The translations under genes were made by a program, and so were the position numbers. The notes below the pieces were generated by a model, which was given only the letters and a program-made list of their open reading frames with translations, was not told the DNA's origin and did no database searches. A stretch of DNA of 64,000 nt from a virus: positions 64,001-128,000 of the IMG/VR virus record IMGVR_UViG_3300027668_001405; one strand, written 5' to 3'. Positions 38,496 through 47,021 of this stretch are shown here, in pieces (position 1 is the stretch's first letter; every line of letters starts with the position of its first letter).

Positions 38496-39239
38496 TTATT
38501 TGTGCTGTTTGTCAAGAGCATATCTTACGTGTTGGCGAATTACATTATTTGGGGTTGCATCACGTTTGTGCAAGACCTTATAATTGTTATATATAAGTAA
38601 TTCGTTTGGTTTCCAGTGATGTGTATACATATGCTCTTGTTTATATACTGCTTCTTTCAACTGTTCTTCCAAATCTGTTTCAGTGTATGCTTCACTATAA
38701 AAGTAAAATGGGCCATAATCATCTTCCCATACTAGATCGTGTGTCGCTCTGTTTTTCCGTCTCCAAGCTCTTTCTTGTAAGTCGCTTTTAAATGTATACG
38801 GATATTCTTTTTGTGTCATATACTTTGTAATGCTATTTAAGCATTTAACGCCTTTAGCTGACGCTTTTAAAGCGTCTGTGCTTGCGTTGTACACACTTTG
38901 CATGTCTAAGTAGTGTGTTGGGCTACTGCCTTTATCAGCTTTAATACAGTACAATCCTACAAATGGGTGTATATCTTTGCTGTATGCACGATCGTGATGC
39001 CATAGCATATCGTCTGCATGATTTAGCTTTTCGCCTTCTTCGTCTTCAATGCCTATTGTTACTTCTTTTCTGCCATACATATCTTGATTGAGTAAATTAC
39101 CAAATAATTCAATAGTTCCTCTACCTGCGTTTTGAACGCATATGATGCCGTATGCTCCATTGTGAAAATCTTTCACTAATTCAGGAGTAATCCAATCTAC
39201 GTCGACTTCGTGTTTAAATTTATATTTTTCTGTAGTCAT
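38496..39239 (-). CDS. TauD/TfdA-like 2OG-Fe(II) dioxygenase
   Basis: WHHD (HxD) and HHWKPNELLIYNNYKVLHKR. Confidence 0.8.
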   Translation of the reverse strand: MTTEKYKFKHEVDVDWITPELVKDFHNGAYGIICVQNAGRGTIELFGNLLNQDMYGRKEVTIGIEDEEGEKLNHADDMLWHHDRAYSKDIHPFVGLYCIKADKGSSPTHYLDMQSVYNASTDALKASAKGVKCLNSITKYMTQKEYPYTFKSDLQERAWRRKNRATHDLVWEDDYGPFYFYSEAYTETDLEEQLKEAVYKQEHMYTHHWKPNELLIYNNYKVLHKRDATPNNVIRQHVRYALDKQHK

Positions 39240-39783
39240 TTGTTAACGGATTTTCACCCCTCCATATAATATGTTGCCAGCATTCGTCACCTTCACCTGG
39301 TGCAGTTTGCCACTCATAATCTTCTAAGACCCAATCCTTGTGTCTACAATTATAATTTAACCCTCTGTGCAAATTACGCATTACTTTATGATTACCATGT
39401 TCTCTGCTTACAAAGTGTTTAGTTAAGCCGTTAGCAATTGCAAATTCAACTTGTTGATCTGCATGTTCTGCTGTAAATGTGCTTAATCCTTTAACATGGT
39501 ATTTGTGTATACGCAATCCTTTTTGTGCTACGTTTAATTTCTTGCTAGTGTAGTACCTACTAAGTACTCTAACACCACCATTATAAAAATCTCTTGTTCT
39601 AGCTACACTACCTGCAATTGGATCACCATCATCGTCCCATGTTACACTATAGCATAAGTTTTCGTCACTGCTTAAACTTTCTATATCGTAATTATGAGGC
39701 AATCTATTCAAAGGATCTTTTAGCGACTCTTCAAATAGTGCTATAAGTTCCAATGGTATCCAATCTGTAGTTTCTGTGTGCAT
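39220..39783 (-). CDS. Hypothetical GNAT-like protein, related to 41862-42374
   Basis: IAGSVARTRDFYNGGVRVLSRYY beta-strand pattern and Q...A...FVSRE segment; fold is inference. Confidence 0.4.
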   Translation of the reverse strand: MHTETTDWIPLELIALFEESLKDPLNRLPHNYDIESLSSDENLCYSVTWDDDGDPIAGSVARTRDFYNGGVRVLSRYYTSKKLNVAQKGLRIHKYHVKGLSTFTAEHADQQVEFAIANGLTKHFVSREHGNHKVMRNLHRGLNYNCRHKDWVLEDYEWQTAPGEGDECWQHIIWRGENPLTNDYRKI

Positions 39784-40733
39784 TAGCTTTCTTTAAGAGT
39801 TTTGTAATTAAATGCAATACGGTAAAGTAACCGATCACCTTTAACTGCATTACGTGCATGGTAACTCATAAACTGATCGTTAATGATTAAGTCACCTGTT
39901 TTCCAATGATGATGATACATATACTGTGGCTGGAATAAGTGTTTATGCAAAGCGTCTAATAATGGCTTTGCTTCTTCCAATGTAATCTCTTCTTTGGTTT
40001 CTTTGTTCCTAAGTTTACGCATAACACCAAAGTGTCCTGTGTAAATTGCTTTAGGACTATTCTCTTGATCCCACCAGCCAGGAATAGTTCTAAAAGGATG
40101 TTGAACAATTAATGGTTTCCAACTACCTCTTACTGGATTGAGCTCCTTGTCACCTTTACGTCCTGTACTTTTTAAGTTACCTTCAAATATTGCTAGTAAC
40201 TCGTCCATGCCTTTATTTAAATTCTCATCATCAAATTGATATATGCTATTATCTTTGTCGAACTGTGCCCAATACTCGTACTTGTCCGCTGCTTCTTTTA
40301 AGTCCTGTGGTAAATCTACATATGCTTGATGACTATTTAAATAACTAGTTACAACTTGCTCTCCGGGCTTAACACAATAGAACGCAATGCAAGATTCCCT
40401 TACATGTTTCCAATGACGCCAGTTTCCATTGTTATGCCAACCTAATTCACTTTCGGGAAATAAGCCAACAAACTTTCCATCTTCATCTTTTTCATTTGTT
40501 ACTCTACTTATGCCAGGATAGTCTTTGTGTTCAAAGTAAACATCAAAACCGGCTTTGCGTGGACTGTACAATGTGCCAATACTTGTTGCACCTGCTAGCA
40601 GTTCTTCTTCATTGAGATTGGCACCTGGAATATACGCAATAATATCCTTTGGTTGGTTACGAATAACCTCATGCCAGTTCTCTGGATCTCTCATATCTAA
40701 ATTATATTCTGTCGCTGTAAACTTATAGTCCAT
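39783..40733 (-). CDS. TauD/TfdA-like 2OG-Fe(II) dioxygenase with atypical H-x-N motif
   Basis: WHNN, PLIVQHP, YHHHWKTGDLIINDQ..YHAR. Confidence 0.75.
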   Translation of the reverse strand: MDYKFTATEYNLDMRDPENWHEVIRNQPKDIIAYIPGANLNEEELLAGATSIGTLYSPRKAGFDVYFEHKDYPGISRVTNEKDEDGKFVGLFPESELGWHNNGNWRHWKHVRESCIAFYCVKPGEQVVTSYLNSHQAYVDLPQDLKEAADKYEYWAQFDKDNSIYQFDDENLNKGMDELLAIFEGNLKSTGRKGDKELNPVRGSWKPLIVQHPFRTIPGWWDQENSPKAIYTGHFGVMRKLRNKETKEEITLEEAKPLLDALHKHLFQPQYMYHHHWKTGDLIINDQFMSYHARNAVKGDRLLYRIAFNYKTLKES

Positions 40734-40736
40734 TCT

Positions 40737-41462
40737 TTACCTCTTAATTAATCTTATAAACCAAGCACCCGGGTCTAATTGCCAGAAGTGCTTTCCTATT
40801 TTCCAATTCCTGGAGTCTTCATGATGGTTTTTATGCCACCCTTCACCACCTGTTAAAATATTAGCAATCCAACTATTCTTAGGTTTGCCTGATTCCGTAT
40901 GTGGTATTAAATTGACAAGGCCGTAGCCGTGAAATGCTAACACTACTGGCATACAAAATCCAAACAAGAATAATGTAGGACTCATTACTAGTAATACTAG
41001 CATTAAACCTAAAATTAATGTAAAGTAGTGAGTGTGAAAAAACTTTATACAAGGTGTATTTAAACCTTTAATCATTTTTCTTTCGATAGTTACGTCATTG
41101 CCCCATTGACTAGTATAAACTTTAAAGAATCCTTTGAGTGTAGGACTATGTGGATCCTTATGTGTATCAGTGTATGCATGATGCATTCTATGTGTAGCCG
41201 CCCAAGTCAACACTGGACCTGGATTTGCAAACAATCCAATAATTTGAGCATACCACTCATACCATGGACCTGTTTCAAACGACCTGTGACTAAAGTATCT
41301 GTGATATCCAGAACTTATAGCCGAAGCCGCTATCCACTGCCACCATAAAAAACTACATACAAACATCCATAACTCACCAACTATAATAGCTGGTATAATC
41401 ATAATGTGACATAACGCATGTATTGAAAGAAGTTTGCTAGTTACTGAAACTTTTTTGAACAT
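40737..41462 (-). CDS. Membrane fatty acid desaturase (delta-9/acyl-CoA type)
   Basis: Three His boxes GYHRYFSH, HRMHH, GEGWHKNHH; DPHSP. Confidence 0.92.
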   Translation of the reverse strand: MFKKVSVTSKLLSIHALCHIMIIPAIIVGELWMFVCSFLWWQWIAASAISSGYHRYFSHRSFETGPWYEWYAQIIGLFANPGPVLTWAATHRMHHAYTDTHKDPHSPTLKGFFKVYTSQWGNDVTIERKMIKGLNTPCIKFFHTHYFTLILGLMLVLLVMSPTLFLFGFCMPVVLAFHGYGLVNLIPHTESGKPKNSWIANILTGGEGWHKNHHEDSRNWKIGKHFWQLDPGAWFIRLIKR

Positions 41463-41477
41463 GCTTTACCCTTCAAA

Positions 41478-41750
41478 TTACGTAGTTACTGTAGAGTCTA
41501 CTGTAGTAGTGTATGCCGCGGCTGCAATTTCATCTGCGTGTGCAGTAGTAAATGCATCACTTGTTGATTCATCAGGGAATGTAAGAACGACAACAACGCC
41601 TGTTCCTGCTTCCGTTACATCCATAGTACCGTTTGTTACATATTCTGTGTTGTAAACACCACATTTACCGTGCTCGGCTATCCATTCAGCAGCAGTTGCA
41701 TAGGTATTACTATTCTCTGTTACTAGGGTAGCTGTTTTAACATAAGCCAT
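41478..41750 (-). CDS. Small Thr/Ala/Val-rich acidic protein
   Basis: 90 aa; AGGAG upstream; no recognised motif. Confidence 0.6.
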   Translation of the reverse strand: MAYVKTATLVTENSNTYATAAEWIAEHGKCGVYNTEYVTNGTMDVTEAGTGVVVVLTFPDESTSDAFTTAHADEIAAAAYTTTVDSTVTT

Positions 41751-41791
41751 ATTTAATCTCCTTTATACACCTTCTAGTGTATTATACTGTT

Positions 41792-41855
41792 ATATTACAT
41801 TATTTATCATCTTTTGTCAACTAGATATTGACAGATAAATAAAGTAGTATATAAT
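41792..41855. promoter_or_regulatory. Divergent promoter region with mirrored TTGACA and GATAAATA boxes
   Basis: Plus strand TTGACA 41828-41833, 16 nt, TATAAT 41850-41855. Minus strand TTGACA 41820-41815. GATAAATA on both strands (41834-41841 plus; 41808-41801 minus). Confidence 0.7.
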
Positions 41856-41861
41856 AAAGTT

Positions 41862-42374
41862 ATGATAATAAAAGAAAATCCAGGCAAAAGAGACATAGAG
41901 TTCTTCGGTTACATATGTGAAGACATGGGTTACATGAATAATGCTAGTCTCGAAGCTATGAAATATGAGTGGTGTTTACAACACGAAGGCATGTGGTGGG
42001 CGGCCTATAGTGACAATGTGATTGTTTCTATGGCAGGATGTCATAAGTTTCATGATGGACATAGAATGATGTTCAGAGGTGTACAAAGCATGGTAGCTCA
42101 AGGTGGATTAGGTAAAAGTCATATGACAAGTATCCCATGGAAGTGGATACTGCCAAAACAATTAGAATGGGCACAGAGCTCGGATACACAACCTGCATAC
42201 ATAACAACAAATGTTGAAAATGATGCAAGTGGCAAAATGAATAGAACAGATAGATTGTTTCATTTGTTAGCTAAACAAGGAATCGTTGATCATTACACTG
42301 AAGAAGAGATTTACGGAACACTTCAATCAGTATGGAAACTCAACATTAGGAAATATTATGAAACATTGGTTTGA
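41862..42374 (+). CDS. GNAT-like acetyltransferase
   Basis: IVSMAGCHKF...HRMMFRG strands, AYITTN; fold is inference. Confidence 0.45.
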   Translation: MIIKENPGKRDIEFFGYICEDMGYMNNASLEAMKYEWCLQHEGMWWAAYSDNVIVSMAGCHKFHDGHRMMFRGVQSMVAQGGLGKSHMTSIPWKWILPKQLEWAQSSDTQPAYITTNVENDASGKMNRTDRLFHLLAKQGIVDHYTEEEIYGTLQSVWKLNIRKYYETLV

Positions 42375-42648
42375 TTGGAAACATTTAAGAATAGCAGAAT
42401 ACTTAAACAGCGATAAAAGAGACAATTTTATTGTATTGTATTTTAAACATATGTGGGTAGGATTTAGAGAAGCAGGTAAGCAATTGCTTATGTGTTTTGC
42501 AAGTATTATACATGCAATCTTTCCACCATTGTTTAATTTTAAATTATTAGAAATAGTAATTAACCAAGCAATAGGATTGCATAAGTTTTTACCACAACAT
42601 CCTGACTGGAAAAAATTAAAAGATGAACTTAACAAAGATAATAAGTAA
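42358..42648 (+). CDS. Small hypothetical protein (DUF6356-like)
   Basis: HL...YFKHM...ASIIHAIFP pattern; start placed at 42358 after AGGA. Confidence 0.5.
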   Translation: MKHWFDWKHLRIAEYLNSDKRDNFIVLYFKHMWVGFREAGKQLLMCFASIIHAIFPPLFNFKLLEIVINQAIGLHKFLPQHPDWKKLKDELNKDNK

Positions 42649-43300
42649 CGGTACAACAATACGTACAAGTGGAACTACAGGTCCTAGTAAGCCTATATGG
42701 CAAAGTCCTGAGAAATTAGAGCATGCAAATAAAGCCGCAATAAAATGTCAGGGTATTACTGCTACTAGTAAAGTTCTTACAGTGTGTTCGTTAGATCACG
42801 CAGGTGGTTTACTAGCTCAAACACTGCCAGCAATAAGTGTTGGTGCTCCTGTAACTATAACACCGTTTAATGCATTTAAATGGATTAGCGAAATTACAAA
42901 GTTTACACACAGTCACTTAACACCTAATATGGCAAGGGCTGTTATGGGTACTAAGACATTTAAAACAATAGACATGACAGGTATTGTTATTATGTGTGGC
43001 AGTGATAGAGTACAGTCAGATATTATACAAGCATTCATTAACAAGGGTGCTACGTTTATTGTAAATTGGGGCATGAGTGAAGTAGGTCCTGTAGCTATAA
43101 ACAAAACATACAAGCCAGGTGATGAAGTGTTACACACAGATATCATTATGGGTGATACTACTTACTGTGAAACTAAAATTATAGATAACGAACTGTATGT
43201 ATACGGTGAAATTAGTGTTTATGATGATTGGTTTGCAACAGGTGATTTAGTAGAATACAAAGACGGTAGTTTTTGGTACTTAGGGAGAAAACATGCGTAA
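42623..43300 (+). CDS. Minimal AMP-binding (ANL superfamily) enzyme
   Basis: TSGTTGPSK (A3), WGMSEVGP (A5), FATGDL (A7), ends at YLGRK (A8 hinge). Confidence 0.8.
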   Translation: MNLTKIISNGTTIRTSGTTGPSKPIWQSPEKLEHANKAAIKCQGITATSKVLTVCSLDHAGGLLAQTLPAISVGAPVTITPFNAFKWISEITKFTHSHLTPNMARAVMGTKTFKTIDMTGIVIMCGSDRVQSDIIQAFINKGATFIVNWGMSEVGPVAINKTYKPGDEVLHTDIIMGDTTYCETKIIDNELYVYGEISVYDDWFATGDLVEYKDGSFWYLGRKHA

Positions 43301-44048
43301 ATTAAAAAACAAACATGTGTTCATAAGCTTCGAACAAGGTGCAAGTGGACATAAGCTAGCTAGAGTATTAGCTACTATGCCGTGTATGCATTGGTATAGC
43401 TGTGAAGAAAATGGGATAAACCCATGGAACGTTTCTAAACCAAATAGTTACAGTGGACAACGACAACAAAGTAAATATCACTTTGATAGGATTACACCAA
43501 AGGGTAAACTTCCACCCACACATGACTATGTAGAGAAGTATCTACCTAATGAAAAAGCGTACTATAAAATATTTGACGAAGTGTTTGAAAAGAATGGTGG
43601 AGCAGATATTATAAATGATGGCAAGAGAGTACTGTATCCAACTCATAGCATGCCAAGTAAGCTATTAGAATATTTTCCCAATAGCTTAATCATTAATATT
43701 GTGCATGATGCAGATATAACTACAGACAGATACATGGATATTGTTACTAAGTTTCCAGGCTACGTTAAGCATTATGGCATTGTGCCGCCTGATAATGAAT
43801 ACTTAAAGTTTTTAGAGATTCTACATGGTAGAAAATCAGACTTAACAATAGCAGATATTTGGGCTTTTGAACGTAAGAAGAAATTTTACTCAGAAGTATA
43901 CGAAGATAAACTACGTAAAGAAGTTTATGCTAGAATGTTTTCAAATAGAGTTTTTAGAAATGCAGTTGATCACCCGAACGTGTTCAGCACTACAACAAAA
44001 TTTGATTACAAAGGAATAAAGGAATGGTTAAATGAGCGACTACAATAA
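43293..44048 (+). CDS. Hypothetical protein, possible sulfotransferase-like P-loop fold
   Basis: VFISFEQGASGHKLARVL N-terminal strand-loop-helix; inference. Confidence 0.3.
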   Translation: MRKLKNKHVFISFEQGASGHKLARVLATMPCMHWYSCEENGINPWNVSKPNSYSGQRQQSKYHFDRITPKGKLPPTHDYVEKYLPNEKAYYKIFDEVFEKNGGADIINDGKRVLYPTHSMPSKLLEYFPNSLIINIVHDADITTDRYMDIVTKFPGYVKHYGIVPPDNEYLKFLEILHGRKSDLTIADIWAFERKKKFYSEVYEDKLRKEVYARMFSNRVFRNAVDHPNVFSTTTKFDYKGIKEWLNERLQ

Positions 44049-44778
44049 CGTGACGTATATGAGCGACCACGCACCAGACTTTAGTAATGTAATTTTTGTT
44101 ACAGGTGCTCCTGGTAGTAAATGGAGTGCAGTAAGTTGGGTACTAAGTGAGTCACCAATGTTAGATGTTAGTACAAGTGATAGAACTGACAAACGTCTTA
44201 TGGTGCATGATGCAATATATGGTGGAGTAAGACACACAGGTGTTTACTTTGGCCCAGGAAATGAACTAGGAAAAAACTTTGACAATATTGACACGTTGTC
44301 TAGACGAGCAGTTCATAAAGAAATTAAGAAGGCGTGGAAAGAGTGGGATATGAACAAGCATTATATTGTACGTTGCCATCAATTCATATATAATTGGGAT
44401 CATATGATTAAAACATTTCCCGAAGCTAAGTTTGTAACTGTTACAAGGCCTCCAGAAAGTTGTGTAGCAGGCTGGACAAGTGTTGGTGGTATTGATACAC
44501 CTTATCCACACTACAAAGAATTCTATAAAACACAAGAAAATGCAATCAAGCAAATTAAACTAGAATCAAAATTAGCACATAAGGCATTTCATGAACATTC
44601 AATGGATGTACATGTAGCAAGCCGTGGTCATTTTTATCAGGATTTTTTACTAGACCCAGAAGAAGAGTCTGGTTTAGACAAATACATTAAACATTTAGAG
44701 GGGTATCAATGGACTAACACCGGAGATCCACTTATGAATCTAAAACATGATGTTCTGATCGGTTACCTAAATTTCTAG
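44032..44778 (+). CDS. Sulfotransferase-like P-loop protein
   Basis: IFVTGAPGSKWS and FPEAKFVTVTRPP..C (IhlvRdP-like). Confidence 0.45.
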   Translation: MSDYNNVTYMSDHAPDFSNVIFVTGAPGSKWSAVSWVLSESPMLDVSTSDRTDKRLMVHDAIYGGVRHTGVYFGPGNELGKNFDNIDTLSRRAVHKEIKKAWKEWDMNKHYIVRCHQFIYNWDHMIKTFPEAKFVTVTRPPESCVAGWTSVGGIDTPYPHYKEFYKTQENAIKQIKLESKLAHKAFHEHSMDVHVASRGHFYQDFLLDPEEESGLDKYIKHLEGYQWTNTGDPLMNLKHDVLIGYLNF

Positions 44779-45583
44779 TAACCTCTGTTACTTTACCTTT
44801 TGCATTAAACTCAAATTGAGTATTGCCAATTTGTATATGGCCGTGCTGTAAATCTTGCCATGCATCAATTGCATAACTTCTCCAATTCGCTTTATACTGT
44901 AAAAATTCATTACCTTCACTGAACCTCATAAAGTTCCAAGGCTTATCTGTTTTTACATGATCCCAATTCCACTCTGAATCCATTGTTCTTGTTTTTATTT
45001 CTTCTACTTCTAATTTAGGGAATGCAGGATATGTGTCAACATGCATAGTAATTGGTCGTGTCATTGAGGGAGTTGTAAATTCTTTTGGTATACTCGTACC
45101 AATGTCACTTGTTATACGAAAACTTTCACCCGGTGGTGCAAAACCCGGTTCGTCAAAGTGAGTGTAAATACATTTTATAGTTTGAAACCCACATAACCAT
45201 AAAGCCATAAGTCTTCCACTGCCTGGATGTACTCTATATCTATTATGCCAAGGCTCATGCACTATTTGTGGATAGAATATTAATTGATCGTATTGTATAA
45301 GCTCTGCAAGATAGAATATTTTACTAACATCTTCCAGTATTTCTCTATATGGCATTTCATTGTTGGTTATTTTTTCTTCTTGAAATGCTAGTACGTGTTC
45401 AATAGGTAATTGTCTATATTCTTCTAGCTTAGAAACTAGATCTTTCATTGGCGAATGTAGTAAATCCCAACCAACATAACTAGACGCTATATAACCACCC
45501 ATCTTTTCGTGATGTGTTAGCCAGTGTTTAAACATGTAATGGCTTGCAAATTCTTTTAAATGCTCGTAATGTTCTACAGGCAC
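44732..45583 (-). CDS. Hypothetical protein with a ParB/Srx-like motif
   Basis: YRVHPGSGRLMAL resembles the ParB-N G.hRl.A motif; weak. Confidence 0.3.
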   Translation of the reverse strand: MPVEHYEHLKEFASHYMFKHWLTHHEKMGGYIASSYVGWDLLHSPMKDLVSKLEEYRQLPIEHVLAFQEEKITNNEMPYREILEDVSKIFYLAELIQYDQLIFYPQIVHEPWHNRYRVHPGSGRLMALWLCGFQTIKCIYTHFDEPGFAPPGESFRITSDIGTSIPKEFTTPSMTRPITMHVDTYPAFPKLEVEEIKTRTMDSEWNWDHVKTDKPWNFMRFSEGNEFLQYKANWRSYAIDAWQDLQHGHIQIGNTQFEFNAKGKVTEVTRNLGNRSEHHVLDS

Positions 45584-46278
45584 AACATACCAGCCATATT
45601 GGTATGCCAGTCGTGTCCAGGATGATCGTTATCACGTGCTAACGGATAATCGTCTTTAGGTAATTGACTAATGTGTGTTTGTTTTAGTTCAATATCGTTA
45701 GCTACACAATAAGAAGTTAGTAACATTTTATTCTTTTTGTAGTTATAGTCGTCTGCTTTGCTATTCATTAATGATGCATAACCACTTATCCATGTAGGTG
45801 ATTTCATCTCTGCTTTTATAGCTTCATCTGATAGATTTTTAAATTTGTCTAGTCCGCCTTTTGCACTAATGTATTCTCTGCGTTCTTTAAACGTCCATAA
45901 TACATGTATAACGGTCGGTTTAAACGTCTTACAATATGCAATTGCAAGCCTTGCTATTAGATCGTTGCTAGCACCGTTTATACCGCAATTTACAGCGTCT
46001 AGCATGCCAGGCCAGTGTATGTTTACTCCATATCCAAACGTATAACTACACCCAAATGCTGCCGATGCTCCCATTGCAGGAACCATTCTACCTCGATAGC
46101 GCCAGTCATTAATAAAGTAGTCTACACTCTGTGGTTTCCAGCCCTGTGCTACGCCCTGATCCTTCTCATTTTGATCTAGCCAAATACGCATTCCTGGCCT
46201 TTCGTGTCCTAACGTAAAAACACTGAACCAATCTGATTCAGTGTGTTTTGCTTCCATAAAGTCTGTATGTTTGATCAT
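45574..46278 (-). CDS. SGNH/GDSL-like hypothetical protein
   Basis: AFGCSYTFG, NCGINGASND, C-terminal DNDHP; start placed at 46278. Confidence 0.5.
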   Translation of the reverse strand: MIKHTDFMEAKHTESDWFSVFTLGHERPGMRIWLDQNEKDQGVAQGWKPQSVDYFINDWRYRGRMVPAMGASAAFGCSYTFGYGVNIHWPGMLDAVNCGINGASNDLIARLAIAYCKTFKPTVIHVLWTFKERREYISAKGGLDKFKNLSDEAIKAEMKSPTWISGYASLMNSKADDYNYKKNKMLLTSYCVANDIELKQTHISQLPKDDYPLARDNDHPGHDWHTNMAGMLCL

Positions 46279-46282
46279 TAAC

Positions 46283-46954
46283 TTAGTATGCCCAACGATA
46301 AAAATAGTGCGAACCAACTTGAGTGATTCGTGCCATGCCTCGATCATGTATCCAATTAGGACTGATAGCTACGGTGTGATAGTGTGTACTGCCTTCTGTA
46401 ACGTCTGGTAGCAATTGCTCTGACCCAGGTAGTGTTGCTTGAAGAACCATTGTTGCAATATCCTTAGCAAGCCAATACGAAGCTTCGTCCTTCATCTCAT
46501 CAGCTTTTCCATCACAGAACCAGCTAAACTGACATCTGTTCTTAACAGGAAAGTATACACGTTCTGCATCAATTAAATCAGTATCTTGCCTAGTTTTCCA
46601 ACTCTCTTTTGTTGGACCTTGCCTTACTACATCACAAATAGTATCAGGATAACGAGGATCGTCTACACGATTTAACACAACCATTGTAGTTGCATACATA
46701 CCAGCATAACCATCGCTTCGTGCTTCAAAGTACATGTTCTCAGTTAAACATAATGCTTCTTCGCCACTGTAACCTGTTGTAAATTGAGTATCCATTAGAT
46801 ATGCATTACTATTAAGTATCTCATAAGCTGGCAGTACGCCTGTAGTATCTGCTTTTACTGGCCAAATGCCTATTGATAACATAAAGAGTGCTGTTGCTGC
46901 CGCACAATTCATTACGCCACCAACTGCTAATCCTAATAATTTCATTTTTTTCAT
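46283..46954 (-). CDS. Cell wall hydrolase (SleB / Hydrolase_2)
   Basis: CL..NMYFEAR, VVLNRV, P.TICDVV.Q, CQFSWFCDG, GSTHYH, GSHYFY; N-terminal signal/anchor. Confidence 0.9.
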   Translation of the reverse strand: MKKMKLLGLAVGGVMNCAAATALFMLSIGIWPVKADTTGVLPAYEILNSNAYLMDTQFTTGYSGEEALCLTENMYFEARSDGYAGMYATTMVVLNRVDDPRYPDTICDVVRQGPTKESWKTRQDTDLIDAERVYFPVKNRCQFSWFCDGKADEMKDEASYWLAKDIATMVLQATLPGSEQLLPDVTEGSTHYHTVAISPNWIHDRGMARITQVGSHYFYRWAY

Positions 46955-46989
46955 GTTAACTACCTATTATTTGTTTTGTTTATATACAT

Positions 46990-47018
46990 ATTATACTGTA
47001 AGATGTCTTGGTTGTCAA
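46990..47018 (-). promoter_or_regulatory. sigma70-type promoter with internal palindrome
   Basis: TTGACA, 17 nt, TATAAT; TAAGATGTCTTG at 46999-47010. Confidence 0.85.
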
Positions 47019-47021
47019 CCT

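Noticed and set aside
40737-43300. JamABC-type alkyne cassette
   Set aside because: No acyl carrier protein: the 90 aa and 96 aa small proteins lack a DSL-type phosphopantetheine site. Kept only as an analogy.
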